Assembly (NCBI GenBank): GCA_964016885.1
Contig: OZ024743.1
Location: 48,484,001 to 48,548,000, forward strand
DNA from: Eledone cirrhosa
Taxonomy: Eukaryota
DNA: 64,000 nucleotides
Reading direction: 5' to 3'
Below, piece by piece: positions 13,832 to 27,019 of this stretch. Below the pieces are notes generated by a model. It worked only from the letters and a program-made list of their open reading frames with translations, did not search any database and was not told where the DNA came from. Numbering within the stretch: position 1 is the stretch's first letter; each line of letters starts with the position of its first letter. The position numbers and the translations under genes were made by a program.

Positions 13832-14307
13832 TCTAAACTACAATAAAGTAAGGAGTGCGGGACTGCATCCAGAATATATATTTTTATCCCGTTTGTAAAA
13901 TAAGTTAGATTACTTTGAATGAATAATGAATGAATATTACATAATTTATCTTCTAAATTTCGTTAATCTTGATTAAATATAAATAATTTTGTTGCTTATT
14001 TAAAGATTCACTTCTTTAAAATTTTCAAATGTCAACACTTCCAGTTAGCGATTGCTTAAATAAAGTTTCATATATTTCCGTCACTAATTTTCTCCTAATG
14101 CAGTTTATATATAATATCGTCTTTTTTTAATGTATCATGGATTACGTTACTGATTACATAAGACAATGTAACACAGTCTTCATTAATTTCTGTGTATATT
14201 GTAAATTACGATTTTATTTGATGTATCATATCTACATGCATATAATATCAATATGCACACTACACTTGCTAGCAGAAAAACCACCTGAAGGGTGGTTTTT
14301 CTGCTAG
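13832..14307 (+). mobile_element. Non-autonomous Helitron, copy 2
   Basis: A|TCTAAACTAC...AAAAACCACC-tgaag-GGTGGTTTTT-ctg-CTAG|T, collinear with 9173-9631. Confidence 0.85.
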
Positions 14308-15029
14308 TTCATTTAAAAATTCCCTTGAATAATGATTATAATGCAATCATTTTTGTCATATTTCTGGCAGTTTATTTCCCCCACCAACAATCTTGATATT
14401 GTGTCATCTTTATATCTGATAGTCTCTTCCCCCTCCCCACCATTGCCTACTAATGGGGAATAAGTATAGAAACGTTAGTTATAGTATAGCATTAATTTAC
14501 GGTACTGATGAAGCAAGCCATGCCAGTATTGGCCAAGATACTGCTACATTTAGCTGTTTGTGACAGTACCTTCACGAGCAAGGCCTGCTATTTTATTGTT
14601 AGTTTATTGTAACACTTGTTCTGTTATTCTTTTATTGGCTTCAGTTATTTGACTGTGGCCATACTACAGCACCACCTTAAAGGGCTTTAATGAAGCATGT
14701 TTGACTCCAGCATCTATTTTTTCAAATCTGGTGCTTATTTTATAAATTGCCTTTTGCCAGACTGCTAAGTTACAGAGCCCAAGAATGCATCTGCATGCAC
14801 ACGTGTGCACATCAGGTGTCTGCAATTTCCACTTACCAAATTTCACTCACAAGGCTATAGTGGGACTAAATCTCAAACCATGTAGTTACTGAACAAACTC
14901 CTTTACCATATATCCATGCCTGTAACCATATTAACCTCCACCTCACCCAACTTTTAATGCTCTCTATCCAGAATAAACAAGAGAGGATTATGTTTGTTTC
15001 TTCAAATCAAATTGATTTTAAGAAGCAAT

Positions 15030-15482
15030 CAACAATTTGTATCCAGTTTAGAATAGTTACACCATAATTTTGTGTTGTAAGAGACAATTAAAAGGCTAAA
15101 CACCAGAAAGGGAATCCAATTGTTAAACATTGCCTCAAAAAGGACCCCATGAGGAGTATGAAGAGGCTTGCTAGACTAATTCCTGTTGTAGCAGGGAAAA
15201 TGGCCTTAAAATGCTTGTGTATAAACAATCACCAATGTAAATAATTAGTTTAGAACAACTCCTGCGACAATCTGTATGTATCCAGTTTAGAATGGGTATA
15301 CCATATCCTTATGTATTATAAGTGTTACTAGAAAGGACATCTGGTTGTAAAATGTTGCCTCAAAAAGGACCCCCATGATGAGTATGAACCTTATCATAGG
15401 GCCTGCAAGCCTAATCCATGTTTTAACAGGGAATACTGACTGAAACGTTTGTTTGTAAACAATGATCACTGTTAGTAATTAG
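15030..15482 (+). repeat. Two diverged tandem copies (~235 bp) of an old repeat
   Basis: Shared blocks TATCCAGTTTAGAAT and TTGCCTCAAAAAGGACCCC..ATGA.GAGTATGAA at ~15040/15130 and ~15279/15355. Confidence 0.65.
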
Positions 15483-16009
15483 ATCAGCTCCTGCTACTTT
15501 TAGATTCCAAAATTTTATTATCATGTGTTAATTGAATGAAATAATCTCACAAGTAAACAGTTTTCATGTAGCTTAGTCGTTAGGCAGATTTAACTGAACA
15601 TTTTGCTTAGAGCTAACTAAGCCAATGCCTCTCTTCTTTTCTTCTATACTTCTGTCATTCAAATCTTTGTCTAAAATTAAACTAATTATCTAATTTGGTT
15701 TTGAAGTATGTTTTTCTCATTTCAATTCTGTGTCTATTGAACCGACCAACTGCTTAGACATTGTTCTTGCTTTCCAAAGAAGAATTCTTCTCCATTCTAT
15801 TCCAGTAACCAATATTTTTGTTATCATTTTAAATGATTTATTTATATATTTCCCGGCATTAGAAATCTATCTTTGTGTGTGAATGTATGCACACACACAC
15901 ACTCTATGAGTGACCCCCTTCCCACATTCTAGCATAAAGAAACATGTAAAACCAACAATCATATGCCCATCACTTTTCATTGGCAGTCATTAGAGCATTA
16001 GAATATTAA

Positions 16010-16219
16010 CCCTTTAGCATTTACATTACTCTATATATACTATTATATGTTCATGGTAAGGGCTTTACCCTGCATAATTATCTCACATAATATTGAATCT
16101 ATGAGATTTTGAAAGTATTTATTTTGAGAACAATACCTTAACATCAGTTTGAGCAACCGGTTACAGCCAGTTTCAACAGAAAGAGGTAGAGAATTCTGGC
16201 CAGTTTGAACATTAAAGGG
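16010..16219 (-). mobile_element. piggyBac-type MITE family B
   Basis: TTAA TSD at 16006-16009 and 16220-16223, CCCTTTA termini. Reverse-complement homolog of 41848-42068 and 47329-47538. Confidence 0.85.
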
Positions 16220-16420
16220 TTAAGCTAGTGTTTGGAACATAACTTAAGGGTTCTTCCATAAAATATTGATGGATAGTTTTTAGATAAATATAAACACTTT
16301 AAAACAAAGTTTAATATCAAAAACCCAGAGAGCTTTGGAGAAATAACTATTTACAGGAACAGTTGTAGGGTTAGAACCCAGAACTTGTGATTAGAATGCA
16401 AACTTTTTATGATACTAATG

Positions 16421-16606
16421 GTTTCTACTTTTGGCACCAGGCCAGCAATTACCCAGTGCATTACTGGTACTTTATTTTATCGACCCCGTAAGGATGAAAG
16501 GCAAAATTAACCTCGGCGAGATTTGAACTCAGATCATAAAGGGAGGTAACTCTATGCTTCAAAGCATGGCGCCCGACCCTCTACCAATACTGCCAATCCA
16601 CTGCCC
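16421..16606 (-). mobile_element. tRNA-derived SINE with 11-bp TSD
   Basis: Minus strand has A-box TGGCAGTATTGG, B-box GAGTTCAAATC and body GCCTTTCATCCTTACGGGGTCGATAAAATAAAGTACC. TSD TGATACTAATG at 16410-16420 and 16607-16617. Confidence 0.9.
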
Positions 16607-17025
16607 TGATACTAATGTGACAAAGATAGGATATGCATTGTGTGTGTGTGTGTGTGTGTGTGTGTGGGCGCGCGCGAATTATATATAATATATTTGAATT
16701 TTTTTTCTCTGATACATAATACAAAATAAAATCTGCCTGGTCTTACCTTGTGACACATATTTCACTGCAAGATATTCTGTTTTGTGAGTTGTATCAGACA
16801 GAGAAAAAATGATAGAATATTTCCGTGACTAGTAATATAAAGCCAATTTAACTTGTTAGGTATTTTCTCTAAATTAATTTTTTTTTATATTTCTCACGTA
16901 ACATTTTAAAAATTTGTATGTAAGATGTTTTTTTTTCTTTGTTGTTGTTGTTATTATTATTGTTAATTTTATACCAACCAAATTTGTAAAATCCTTTTTC
17001 AATTCTTTTTTTTTCTTTTTTCCAG

Positions 17026-17118
17026 ATTGTCTATGAATTTTTCTTAAGGTTTTTAGAATCTCCTGACTTTGTGGCAACTTCTGCTAAAAAATTCATTGAT
17101 CAAAAATTTGTTCTTCAG
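17026..17118 (+). CDS. PPP2R5: PP2A regulatory subunit B56 (B'), internal exon (93 nt, phase 0-0)
   Basis: Polypyrimidine tract + TCCAG acceptor and CAG|GTAAGT donor. Translates to [31 protein letters not shown], a typical B56 segment. Confidence 0.95.
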
Positions 17119-19289
17119 GTAAGTTTTACTTTGCTCAATATTCATTCATACTTTAGTGTTAATTTTTTGTTTTCATTCCATAGTTGCTGACTTTTGTTTA
17201 ACTTTTAAAATATCTAAAAACAGGCTTGATAATTCGAATGCTCATAGAATTTTTGCTAGTGCACAGGTTATTTAGAGTGAAGACTTTAGTTTTTAATGTG
17301 ATGCAATTGTGATGTTATTTTATACTTTTCAAGAATGTCTTGCTGATGCAGTTTTATGTGCTACTGGATGTTAGAAATACACTCGGTTGATGAATGTATT
17401 GTGACGACATTTCTAGTACTGGTGCCACAATTCAAATCTTCAGTACACCTTGTAAAGTGGTTGACTGCAGACTTTAAGTGTTTTCACCATGGTTTTGTTT
17501 CACATGTGAGTACCCAAATGTGGTATCAAAAGAGCTAAACAGTCATTTCCAATATTCTTTCATTAACTATCAAAAGGCTTGCATGTGTGAGGTAGCCAAA
17601 GGAAGTGTAAAGGAATAAGTACAGAAGCTACTAAATTAATAGTCAGATCTGAGGGCCGTGCTTGACTGTGAAATCAATAAGAATAGTTAGTGGTGTTTAC
17701 TAGGAGCAAGCATGTAATTAACATGATCTGTTGACCTACTACTTGCCAGAAATTCATTATTTAATGCCTCAAAGTCTAAGTATTAGAGCTGATAAACTTA
17801 TTCCAGTAAACCCTGATGGAGTGAATGTTGTTGGTATACCATTTTCATTGACATGGGGTGACCTTTAGCTCATAGAGGTAAAAGTGTTTACCAACATCAA
17901 GAAACCATATTAAGTGTTAGCAGCAGCAGAGTGTGTATATACAAGGTCAAAATCTAAAAATATGTGAAGTTAATGTATTTTATTTTGATTTGTATTCACG
18001 ATTGGTAAGAAAAGGCTTAAGAATAGCTCACACACCATTTTAGTTATCTCTGAATATTGATTAGATTTTCAGGGTTTCTTTTTTCTTTTTGTACTTTTGT
18101 GTGTCAACCTCAGAATAAGACGAGATGTTAAAAGAAAAAGAAATTCTTGGGGAAAATAGAGGTTTATTAAGAAATACTGCTGCTAGTTGTCCTTGGTAGC
18201 CAAAAGTGTTCTGAACTGAATGGTAAAATTATAGGCTAATGACTTTTATTAAAATAAACATGCTTGGGGGGAGCATTTTTCATGGCCATTAGTTCAACAG
18301 GTTATCAATGAGACTAGTTAGAACTCACACACTTTGGCAAAGTAGGCTCTGTATGAGACAGAAAATGAACATGGGTGGTAGTTTCCTTTATCAAGCAATG
18401 AAATTTACTTTCAGATGCCGACTTATATCCATCATTCCTTCATAGTTTATTCCCAAAAGCAATTTTGTTAATTGTCAATAACATTTATTGTGTAATGCTT
18501 GGAAAATTTATTCCAGCTTGTGCAAACTTTTTTTACCATTGAGATTTCAATCTGTTAAACTAATGATATGAATTTTGTATTTTGATTTTAATGAATTCTA
18601 TTTCTGATTAACTCAGCTAGGCCGGCAAAAAAAAAAAAAATTGTAAGGAAAGGAGTATAATTAATTGAATCAGCCAAATAAATTACTGGTATTTACTTGT
18701 ACCTATTGTTTCTGGAGGAATGAAATACATTTTTTTTTTTTAACATGGCGTCATATTGGACTGAGAATAGTAAAGTACAGAAAAAATCTCTTAACTCAGT
18801 CATTACCATATTTTTAATGAAATCCGATTATAATGAAATATGATTATAAATTAATTTTGAAAATAATCATGAATTTTAAAATAAGATTTTCATTATTAAG
18901 CTGGTGTTTGAAAGAACTTGACAATTTTTTTTTACATAAAATTATGATGGAATGTTTGAATTTAAATATGAACATTTTAAAATAAACAGCTTTGTATCAT
19001 AGAACTAGGGGTAGTTGCTGCCAGTTTCATATTAAGTATGTTAAACCTTGCAAAGCTATCATATAAAAACGGTTATTTTTCAATTTTCATAAGCTAACAT
19101 AATGAAACAACCTCTGCACAGTTATTAGAAATGTCAGACAAATCTTCCATAAACCACACCTTTAGTTTACCTTTCTCCTGTAAATCCTGATGGAGCCCGT
19201 CTCCTTTCCAGGTCTCAACATAACAGATTTCTTCCAGAGAAAGATAGAGAGTGAGAGAATGGAAGTGAGAAAGAGATATAGAGGAAGAA

Positions 19290-19445
19290 TCGACCCTGTA
19301 CTCCACTGATACTTTTTTTATCAACCTCAAATGGATGAAAGGCAAAGTTGACCTGGGTAGGATTTGAACTCAGAAGACAGAGAGCCAAAACAAATATCGC
19401 AAAGCATTCTGTCTGATGTTCTATCAACTCTGCCAATTCACCACC
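19290..19445 (-). mobile_element. Older copy of a related tRNA-derived SINE
   Basis: GGATGAAAGGCAAAGTTGACC...GATTTGAACTCAG...CTGCCAATTCACCACC on the + strand. Confidence 0.7.
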
Positions 19446-19817
19446 ATATGTGTATATGTGTGTGTGTCTGTACACACACGCGCACGCACACACACACACA
19501 CACACACACGTCTGTGTGTGTTTAATTAATGTAAAGTATTTATATATTTAATTAATTTTAAAACAAAACAACAAATATCACGATTAATTTTTTCTTTTTT
19601 TGCTAGCTGTTTTAAAAAATCTAAAAAACATATTGGATACTATAGTCCTAGATATATTATCCAAAAAATAGATGAGATGGTCACAGCTTCATAGGTTTTC
19701 TTGGCTTGGACTGATTTGTAGCTAAACAATCAACCACGATAACATGTCATCTGTTTGTATATATCTGTAACTCTTTAAAAATTACACACATAAATTTACA
19801 TACATAGAATTTGGGGT

Positions 19818-19869
<52 letters not shown>

Positions 19870-20396
19870 GGGCTTGAAATTGGCATTGAAGCTGGTGGCC
19901 CTTCACATTGAATATAGCAAGAAATGTCATCAGATACATAGTAGAGTTGCTGATTTAGTTGAGAATAGGTACAGAATATCTCAGAGAAAATAGACAATTA
20001 TTCGTTGACAGCATTTAGAGATAGCTGAACTTAGTGTGTTTATCATCTACACATTACAACAGATAACAATACTTAACAACATTGTTTCATACACTCACAC
20101 TCATTTTAAGACCATTTTTCCAGTTAAGTCAGAGATTAGCCTTGCAGTGGAGTCTCTATAATAAACTTCTCTATTTTGCCCTATCCTCTGCATCTCCATT
20201 CACCAATCCCTTGGCTTTCATCTTTCCCCCCATTCATTTCCATGTCTTTCTTAATCTTCCCTTTCCTCTACTTCAATTCCAAATTTATATGATGAGTATA
20301 AGAGAGTGTCATACTTTAATATTAAACTTTGTTTAGATAGTATTTTGTTATGTAGGCTTGTTGGTGTTTAATGATATCATTTTAATTAGATCATGC

Positions 20397-21005
20397 TACA
20401 CGCACTCATCGAGTGTCCGAGTATTGCTGACCTGTGGGTTTATGTCGAGCACCTGCTGTCATGTGTAGGACGAATCCAACGATCAACTGAGTTCATTGTG
20501 GAGATCACCCCCCCCCCCCCCCATCTTCCTTTAGAGGAGAAGGACAGGTAGTTTTTATCTACCTGGTGGCCATGGCAAAAGAAGTCGTGTGGTGGACATG
20601 TTTGAAAGGGTTGAAGACAACCACTTACCTCATCAGCGTAACTCTGATTAACTTTTTCAGGTTTCACTTGAAGAGGAAGATCTGAGTGAAGAGGGAAGTG
20701 CTGCCTTCCAACCAGTTTGTTGAAAGTGGATGAGAGTGGTGAGGATGGCCTATGTGGATGGGCCTGCCTTGAGTATACACCTGTAAATTAAAGGAGAATA
20801 ACAGGGTGACTAGCTTTTTGTGGGCTTTCTCCACGAGTGACCCTTGGAGTCTCCCCACCTTTGGAGAATTTGTTTTTTTAATGTTTATTTTTCTTAGTCT
20901 CTGTTATAAATTTTATTTTGCACAAAAAAAACCCTTACACTGTATTGTCTTGTACCGTTTTTAATGTTTTCTTAATGTGATCCCTGCATGGCTAATAAAG
21001 ATATT
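20397..21005 (+). mobile_element. L1/Tx1-clade LINE 3' fragment (decayed)
   Basis: Manual translation HALIECPSIADLWVYVEHLL...YLVAMAKEVVWW resembles the ORF2 C-terminal zinc-knuckle region. Followed by a T-rich 3' UTR and AATAAA. Confidence 0.6.
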
Positions 21006-21264
21006 ATTATATCAGGGAATTGGATTGGTAAATCTGTTAGTGTGTCAAAAATGCCTTACAATATTTATTTTAGCTCCTCCCACTGACGTCAACTTTGCCT
21101 TTCATTCTTCCAGGGTTGATAAAATAAAGTACCAGTGAGTTGATTTAATTGACTTTTCTCCTCCCTCAATACTTCTGGCTGTGCCTAAATTAGAAACCAT
21201 TATTAATATTGTTGTTAAAGATATTGTTATTTAATGGAATGTATTATTCTCCATTTTATTTCAG

Positions 21265-21395
21265 TTATTGGAATTATTTGACAGTGAAGATCCTCGGGAG
21301 CGTGATTTTCTAAAGACAGTACTTCACAGAATTTATGGAAAGTTTTTGGGTCTAAGAGCATTCATTCGCAAACAGATAAATAATATATTTCTCAG
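21265..21395 (+). CDS. PPP2R5: PP2A B56 internal exon (131 nt, phase 0-2)
   Basis: TTTCAG acceptor, AG|GTAAGC donor. Translates to [43 protein letters not shown](R), the hallmark B56 motif, in frame with the previous exon. Confidence 0.97.
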
Positions 21396-22139
21396 GTAAG
21401 CAAGCTTGTTTAAACCAATTGAATTCTGTTTGAATCTTTTTCTTACAAATTATTACTGCTATAATTTATCATGATAAAATGCACCCAGTACACTATAAGG
21501 TGAAAACACTGGTGCTACAATAAAATGGCATTGCCCCAGTACTGTCTGTGAGGTAATTAGTGATGGAGCCATGATAAATGTGCCCAGTACACTCTATAAA
21601 ATGATAGTGCTGGTGTCATGATAAATGGACCCTGTACATTCTGTAAAGTGGTTGGAAATATTAAGGACATCCTGCTATAAGATCCATTCTAAAAATAGAA
21701 TGTATAAGCAAGATGTGGTTCTCTGACCCATCTAGTCTTGGACTGTGACAGCCTATTCAACCCATAGCAGATGATGATAATTAGAATGTGGACTAGTTAT
21801 TATATGTCTTAAAGCAATCAATAGTTAGTTTTAATGTAATATAGTAAATATGACAGACCAAGATTTCTTTTTACATAAACCTTAACCTAAGATTTTATCA
21901 GTGAAGAGGAAATGAAATTGATTGCCTGTCATTACTTGAAAAATTGACAATTTTGATTGAACTGGAATTTCACAAATGTTGAACATTTACACGTTAAAAA
22001 AGAAAAATAATGAAAATTATCAATTTAAACTTAGGCACATGTTTGCCCGTGTTGGTAAGGGGTTTACTTCACAACCATGGTGTTTCTGGTTCAGTCCCAC
22101 TGTGTGTCTCCTCTGACAGGTGTCTTATACTATAACTAG

Positions 22140-23500
22140 GTGTACTTAGTGATTTATATAACTGACATCTCCACCATACACATCACATCCCTGTATTTGA
22201 GCGGTCTTCCTTGTAGCACTGCATCTGATTCCGTTTATATCCAGTATTTCTCTCATTACATTTATATTCTGTCATTCATTCACACTAACATTACACATCC
22301 TGTGTAGTAAGCTTGCTGCATTTCATTTCCAACCCTTGAAAATCCTCTGTATGAAAACTTACATCTCACTTCCATGCAACATCATAGCCAAGTATCATGA
22401 AATTGACTTTCCACATTGCGAGTGTGTTGCTAGTGGAAGTAATATTACCTTGAACTTTTTCCACTCTGACTAATGTGCTTTTCAAACTATTAACTCTGCT
22501 GCTAATTAGGTCACATCACTAACAAAAGCTTTCAGCTACTTCTGAGGAGCCTTCTGAACATTTGAAAGAATTTATTTTGTGTTTACTGCTAACTACTCCT
22601 GTGCATCTGTCATATATGAAGTCTACCTTCTCTGTCGGCCTACCACATCATATGCATTCATAGTTTACATTCAGTACACGGTATAGAATTCATATCTAAT
22701 ATTTTTTCTGCATATCAAGCATAGCCACTTTTTCAATGGCAGCAGAGAGCTTTAATCTGTGACTTTACAATTTTAGGTTTTGCTTCTATGTTTGTAATTT
22801 CTTCTCTAAATCAGATTCAAATATGATAATTAGGTCATCAGCTGGTCTTAACCCTATAAAATCTGAGCTTTTTAGTTGCTCTAAAAACCAGGATGGGGTG
22901 GGAAGAGCTCAGCCCCCCCCCCCTCCCCTCCCCAATCGCTTTATTCCTGACCCACTAATGGTATGACAATTAAACTTGGTGCAAGTATAGACCATTGATA
23001 GGCAAACATTTCTGCATTACAATCATGTTCCTGGCACATTCATTTTATAGTGTTCAAAATTTTAACAGAACCACTAAGGCTATCCCCATGAAATTTTTCA
23101 GGGATATAGGTACTGTGATGTACTTCTCCTTGCCATGTTTGCTACTAAATGAAACAACAATGCAATGTCAAAGATTTGCAAAATGGATAAAAAATTGCTG
23201 CCATTGTAACCACATGGTTGCCATAGCAACTATTACCATGCAACTCAAATCACATACATTAGATTGGTAATGATATTATTTTGGTTACAAAGGCTTTATA
23301 ATTAAATTTTGTAGCAAGAAGAATCAAAGAAATTTCATCATTTTATACCCCCTGTCCAGCTCCTGCCATTTGCATGGCTATAGGCAAATTCTTTTCCAAA
23401 ATCGGTTATGTTACCATTTAACAGGTTAAATTCTAGGGAAAGTTATTAAATTTCAGAGAAAAATCTGCTTCCTTTCAAAAGTTATGAGTACCCCCCCCCC

Positions 23501-23569
<69 letters not shown>

Positions 23570-24000
23570 AAACTCATTTTAAGGACTATATCAAATGGAA
23601 ATAGAATGAGAACCGAGTCCTATTGAACACCTACTTGCACACCAAATTCCTTGCTGAACTCATTGCTAACTCTGACTTTGCTGGTGGCACCTCTACACGG
23701 CTTGTATAACTTTCACAAGCCAGTCACTTATCCCTAATTTTCTTACAGATCCCTAGATTACTGAGTGTGATATCCTGTCAAAGATCTCCAATTTAACAAA
23801 TACTAGGTAGAGTGACTAACTCCTAGCTAAGTACTTTTTTTTTATAGTTGTTTACTAAGAAGAGGACATTGATGGTGCCCATCCTCGCATAAACCCAAAC
23901 TGCATCTCATCTAAGTTAATTTTCTTTCTAATTAGTTGTGCTATAATTCTTTCATAACTTGATCAATGAATTTGATGCCAGTTGCTTCTTCCTATATCTT
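22140..24000 (-). mobile_element. Highly decayed RTE LINE, interrupted by an insertion
   Basis: Blocks similar to the young RTE copies, e.g. AAACCCAAACTGCATCTCATCTA (QFGF motif) and GGTCATCAGC (ADD motif). Confidence 0.6.
22852..23567. mobile_element. TTAA-flanked DNA element inserted in the old RTE
   Basis: TTAA at 22848-22851 and 23568-23571. Removing it rejoins GGTCTTAAACTC as in RTE copy C. Left end is CCCTAT; right end is obscured by poly-C/(CA)n. Confidence 0.5.
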
Positions 24001-25317
24001 CCTCTTCTGCAGGCTCCTTTCTTAATGTTAGTCCTTTTGACACTGAGAAATTTTCTCTCTTGTACACATCAACTATGTGGTCTTTCCATCACCAGCCACT
24101 TTACAGTATGGATTGGGTGTATTTTATCATGTCAATGACACTAGAGAGGTTATCTGCTAAAACTAAAATATCCCATCAATTCTGTATCAGATTTTCTGCA
24201 GATACTGCTATTCTAGGCAGGTTACCCTCACTGTAATGCAACTTCCATCTCTGTCGTTTAATTATGACAAAAGCCTTTTTGTCTATTGTTGGGGTTTTTT
24301 CTGGAATCTCAACTTCCTAGAGGGGTTGCTTTCACTATAGCTGAGAAGCCCCATCTCCATGATGTAGAAATGGGTGTCAGCTTCTGTGAATGAAGATTGT
24401 TTTCACAATGTAGGACTTTTAGTTAATAAGTTGCTCTACAACTGGGCATAATTATTGTCTCCATTATGTAGGTAGAATGTAGTAGCTTACTAGATTGAGG
24501 TGACTAGGAGTGAGATCTTCTTAATATAGAGATGGTGGGTATTTATTTACCCAGAAAACTTATGCTAAACTAATGACAGCCAAGCTTAGATTATCCAAGT
24601 CAGTTATAGGACAGTTGATATACCAGTGTAGGTTGTCAAGATGTGGGAAAGCTATGCTCTAGAACCGTATTTTACATATAGCAGTGTAGGTTGTCAAGAG
24701 CAGCGGAGATGTGGGAAAGCTATGCTCTGGAACCATATTTTACAGCTATTGATCTACCAGACACTCTGTGTCAATCAATGTTTATTGATTATCCTGATCA
24801 TTCATATTGTAGGTATATGTATGTATACATATATATACATGTGTATATCTATGTTTGTATACGTACAACCCCCCCCCCCCCATATATATATATATATTTT
24901 TTTTTCCCATAAGAGATGATGACGTGAATAGACCTGTTTTTCTCTAGAAATTTTCTTTTTTTCTTCCACTGCCCAGTCTCCTCTATCTTTCTATTCTTTA
25001 ACTTCTCCTATTTTCTGAAGGACTAGCTTCCAAAACTTTAAGACTCTTTTCCTACTATATCAAGCGTTAAACTAATAATATATTCCTCCATTGTACTGTG
25101 TTTGATTTCTGTTTACCTTTTGCATGCATGCACGTATACACACATACAACTCACTGACACAGGAGGGTTTTTACACCTCCAAACCCTAACAACCCTCTCC
25201 TGTCCACATCCCTCTCCCTCTTGCACCTCCCATGTCTCAACAATCCACTCATGCCTAAACACCTTGCCCTCTCACACACACACCTAGATCTACCTGCACC
25301 CTACCCAAGTCCTCAGC

Positions 25318-25707
25318 CCACATTGTAAAGTGGTTGTGTAGGTGTCACAACAAAAAGAACCCAGTCCACACTGTAAAGTGGTCTTGTAGGTGTCATGACA
25401 AAAAGCACCCAGTCCAGACTGTAAAATGGTCTTGTAGGTGTCATGACAAAAAGCACCCAATCCACACTGTAAAGTGGTCTTGTAGGTGTCATGACAAAAA
25501 GCACCCAATCCACACTGTAAAGTGGTCTTGTAGGTGTCATGACAAAAAGCACCCAGTCCAGACTGTAAAGTGGTCTTGTAGGTGTCATGACAAAAAGCAC
25601 CCAATCCACACTATAAAGTGGTCTTGTAGGTGTTATGACAAAAAGCACCCAGTCCACACTGTAAAGTGGTCATGTAGGTGTTATGACAAAAAGCACCCAG
25701 TCCACAC
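25318..25707 (+). repeat. 48-bp minisatellite (~8 copies) inside an RTE-type 3' tail
   Basis: Unit CCACACTGTAAAGTGGTCTTGTAGGTGTCATGACAAAAAGCACCCAGT, followed by CCCATGCTAGCATGGAAAATGGACATTAAACAA(TGA)n. Confidence 0.92.
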
Positions 25708-27019
25708 CAGCTGCAGAAACCAATCCAAAACCAGTCTTGTGTGAGCAAGTCATCACCATCTGTTCTGGTTTGTCTCACAACGAGGCAACTCGTCTAACCC
25801 ATGCTAGCATGGAAAATGGACATTAAACAATGATGATGATGTGTGTTTATTCTTTTACTAGTTTCAGTCATTAGACTGCAGCCATGCTGGGGTGATGCAT
25901 CTAAAATATGAGAGGAGGGTTACTATTATTTATACTACAATATAACCAATGGAAATCAGAAGCATGATAAAAAAAAATAATGAAATCATTATGCTAAGAT
26001 GACTTTGTCTGTGTTATGGCTCCTTATCTCCTTCATTCAACCTGATTCTAATTAAGCAGTCTTGTACAATCATGTTGCCAACAGCTGACTAAATGTGAAT
26101 TGTACTTGATATGAACTCATAAACCATCAGGTGGAATCCAGTATTTTGCTTACTTTTGTAGTACACTATTATTTTCTCTACTGTTTAACCCTTTTGATAC
26201 CAAATTGTCAGAAACTGCACTTGGTTCAATGATATACAAATATTTGTTTTAAATTATTTATATTTATCTAAAAAGTTTCCATCATAATTTTATGTAAGAA
26301 CCCATATTAACCTTTCATTACCATATTTTTAATGGAATACACTGTATTTCAATTAATTAGTGAAAAACTTGGAAGAATTTACTATAATTATTATTTCACT
26401 ATTAAGCTAGTTTTCATATCATCACGTAGCAAAAGGTTTATAGATTATGTATTGTGTAAGTGTCATGACAAAAAGCACCCAGACAACACTGTAAAGTGGT
26501 TGGTGTTAGGAAGGGCATCCAGCCATAGAAACCAAGCCCAAACCAGTTCTGTGTGAGCGAATCACGATCCCCTGACCTGATCCCTCACAAAGGGACAGCC
26601 CGACCTACTCATGCTAGCGTGACAGATGGATGTTAAATGATGATGATGATGATGTTAGAAGGTTTAATTTAGATAAGAATCCTTTAAAAGAGGTGGTCTT
26701 GTTTCATATAACTAGAGCTGTTTTAGCCAGGTTGGTATCAAAAGGATTGTTATATTCAAAACACCAGCTTAATAATGAGAAAGTTATATTACTTTCCTTT
26801 CAATTTCTTAAAAATCATTTGAAATACTTAGAAATATAATAAAATGTAGTAGCCATAAATTTTGATGGAAAGGTTGTAGTTGATTGAATTGACAATGGCA
26901 GTTATTTTATCAACCTTAGGGAGTGGTGTGGAAAGCATGAAACACTGCTGAGATTTTAATCTAAACTATAAAAAAACATAAATACTGTTAGATATCCTAT
27001 TGGGCTCCCTACTATTTCT

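Noticed and set aside
25290-25744. Cys/His-rich repeat proteins
   Set aside because: These are translations of the 48-bp minisatellite, open on both strands, with no splice or homology support.
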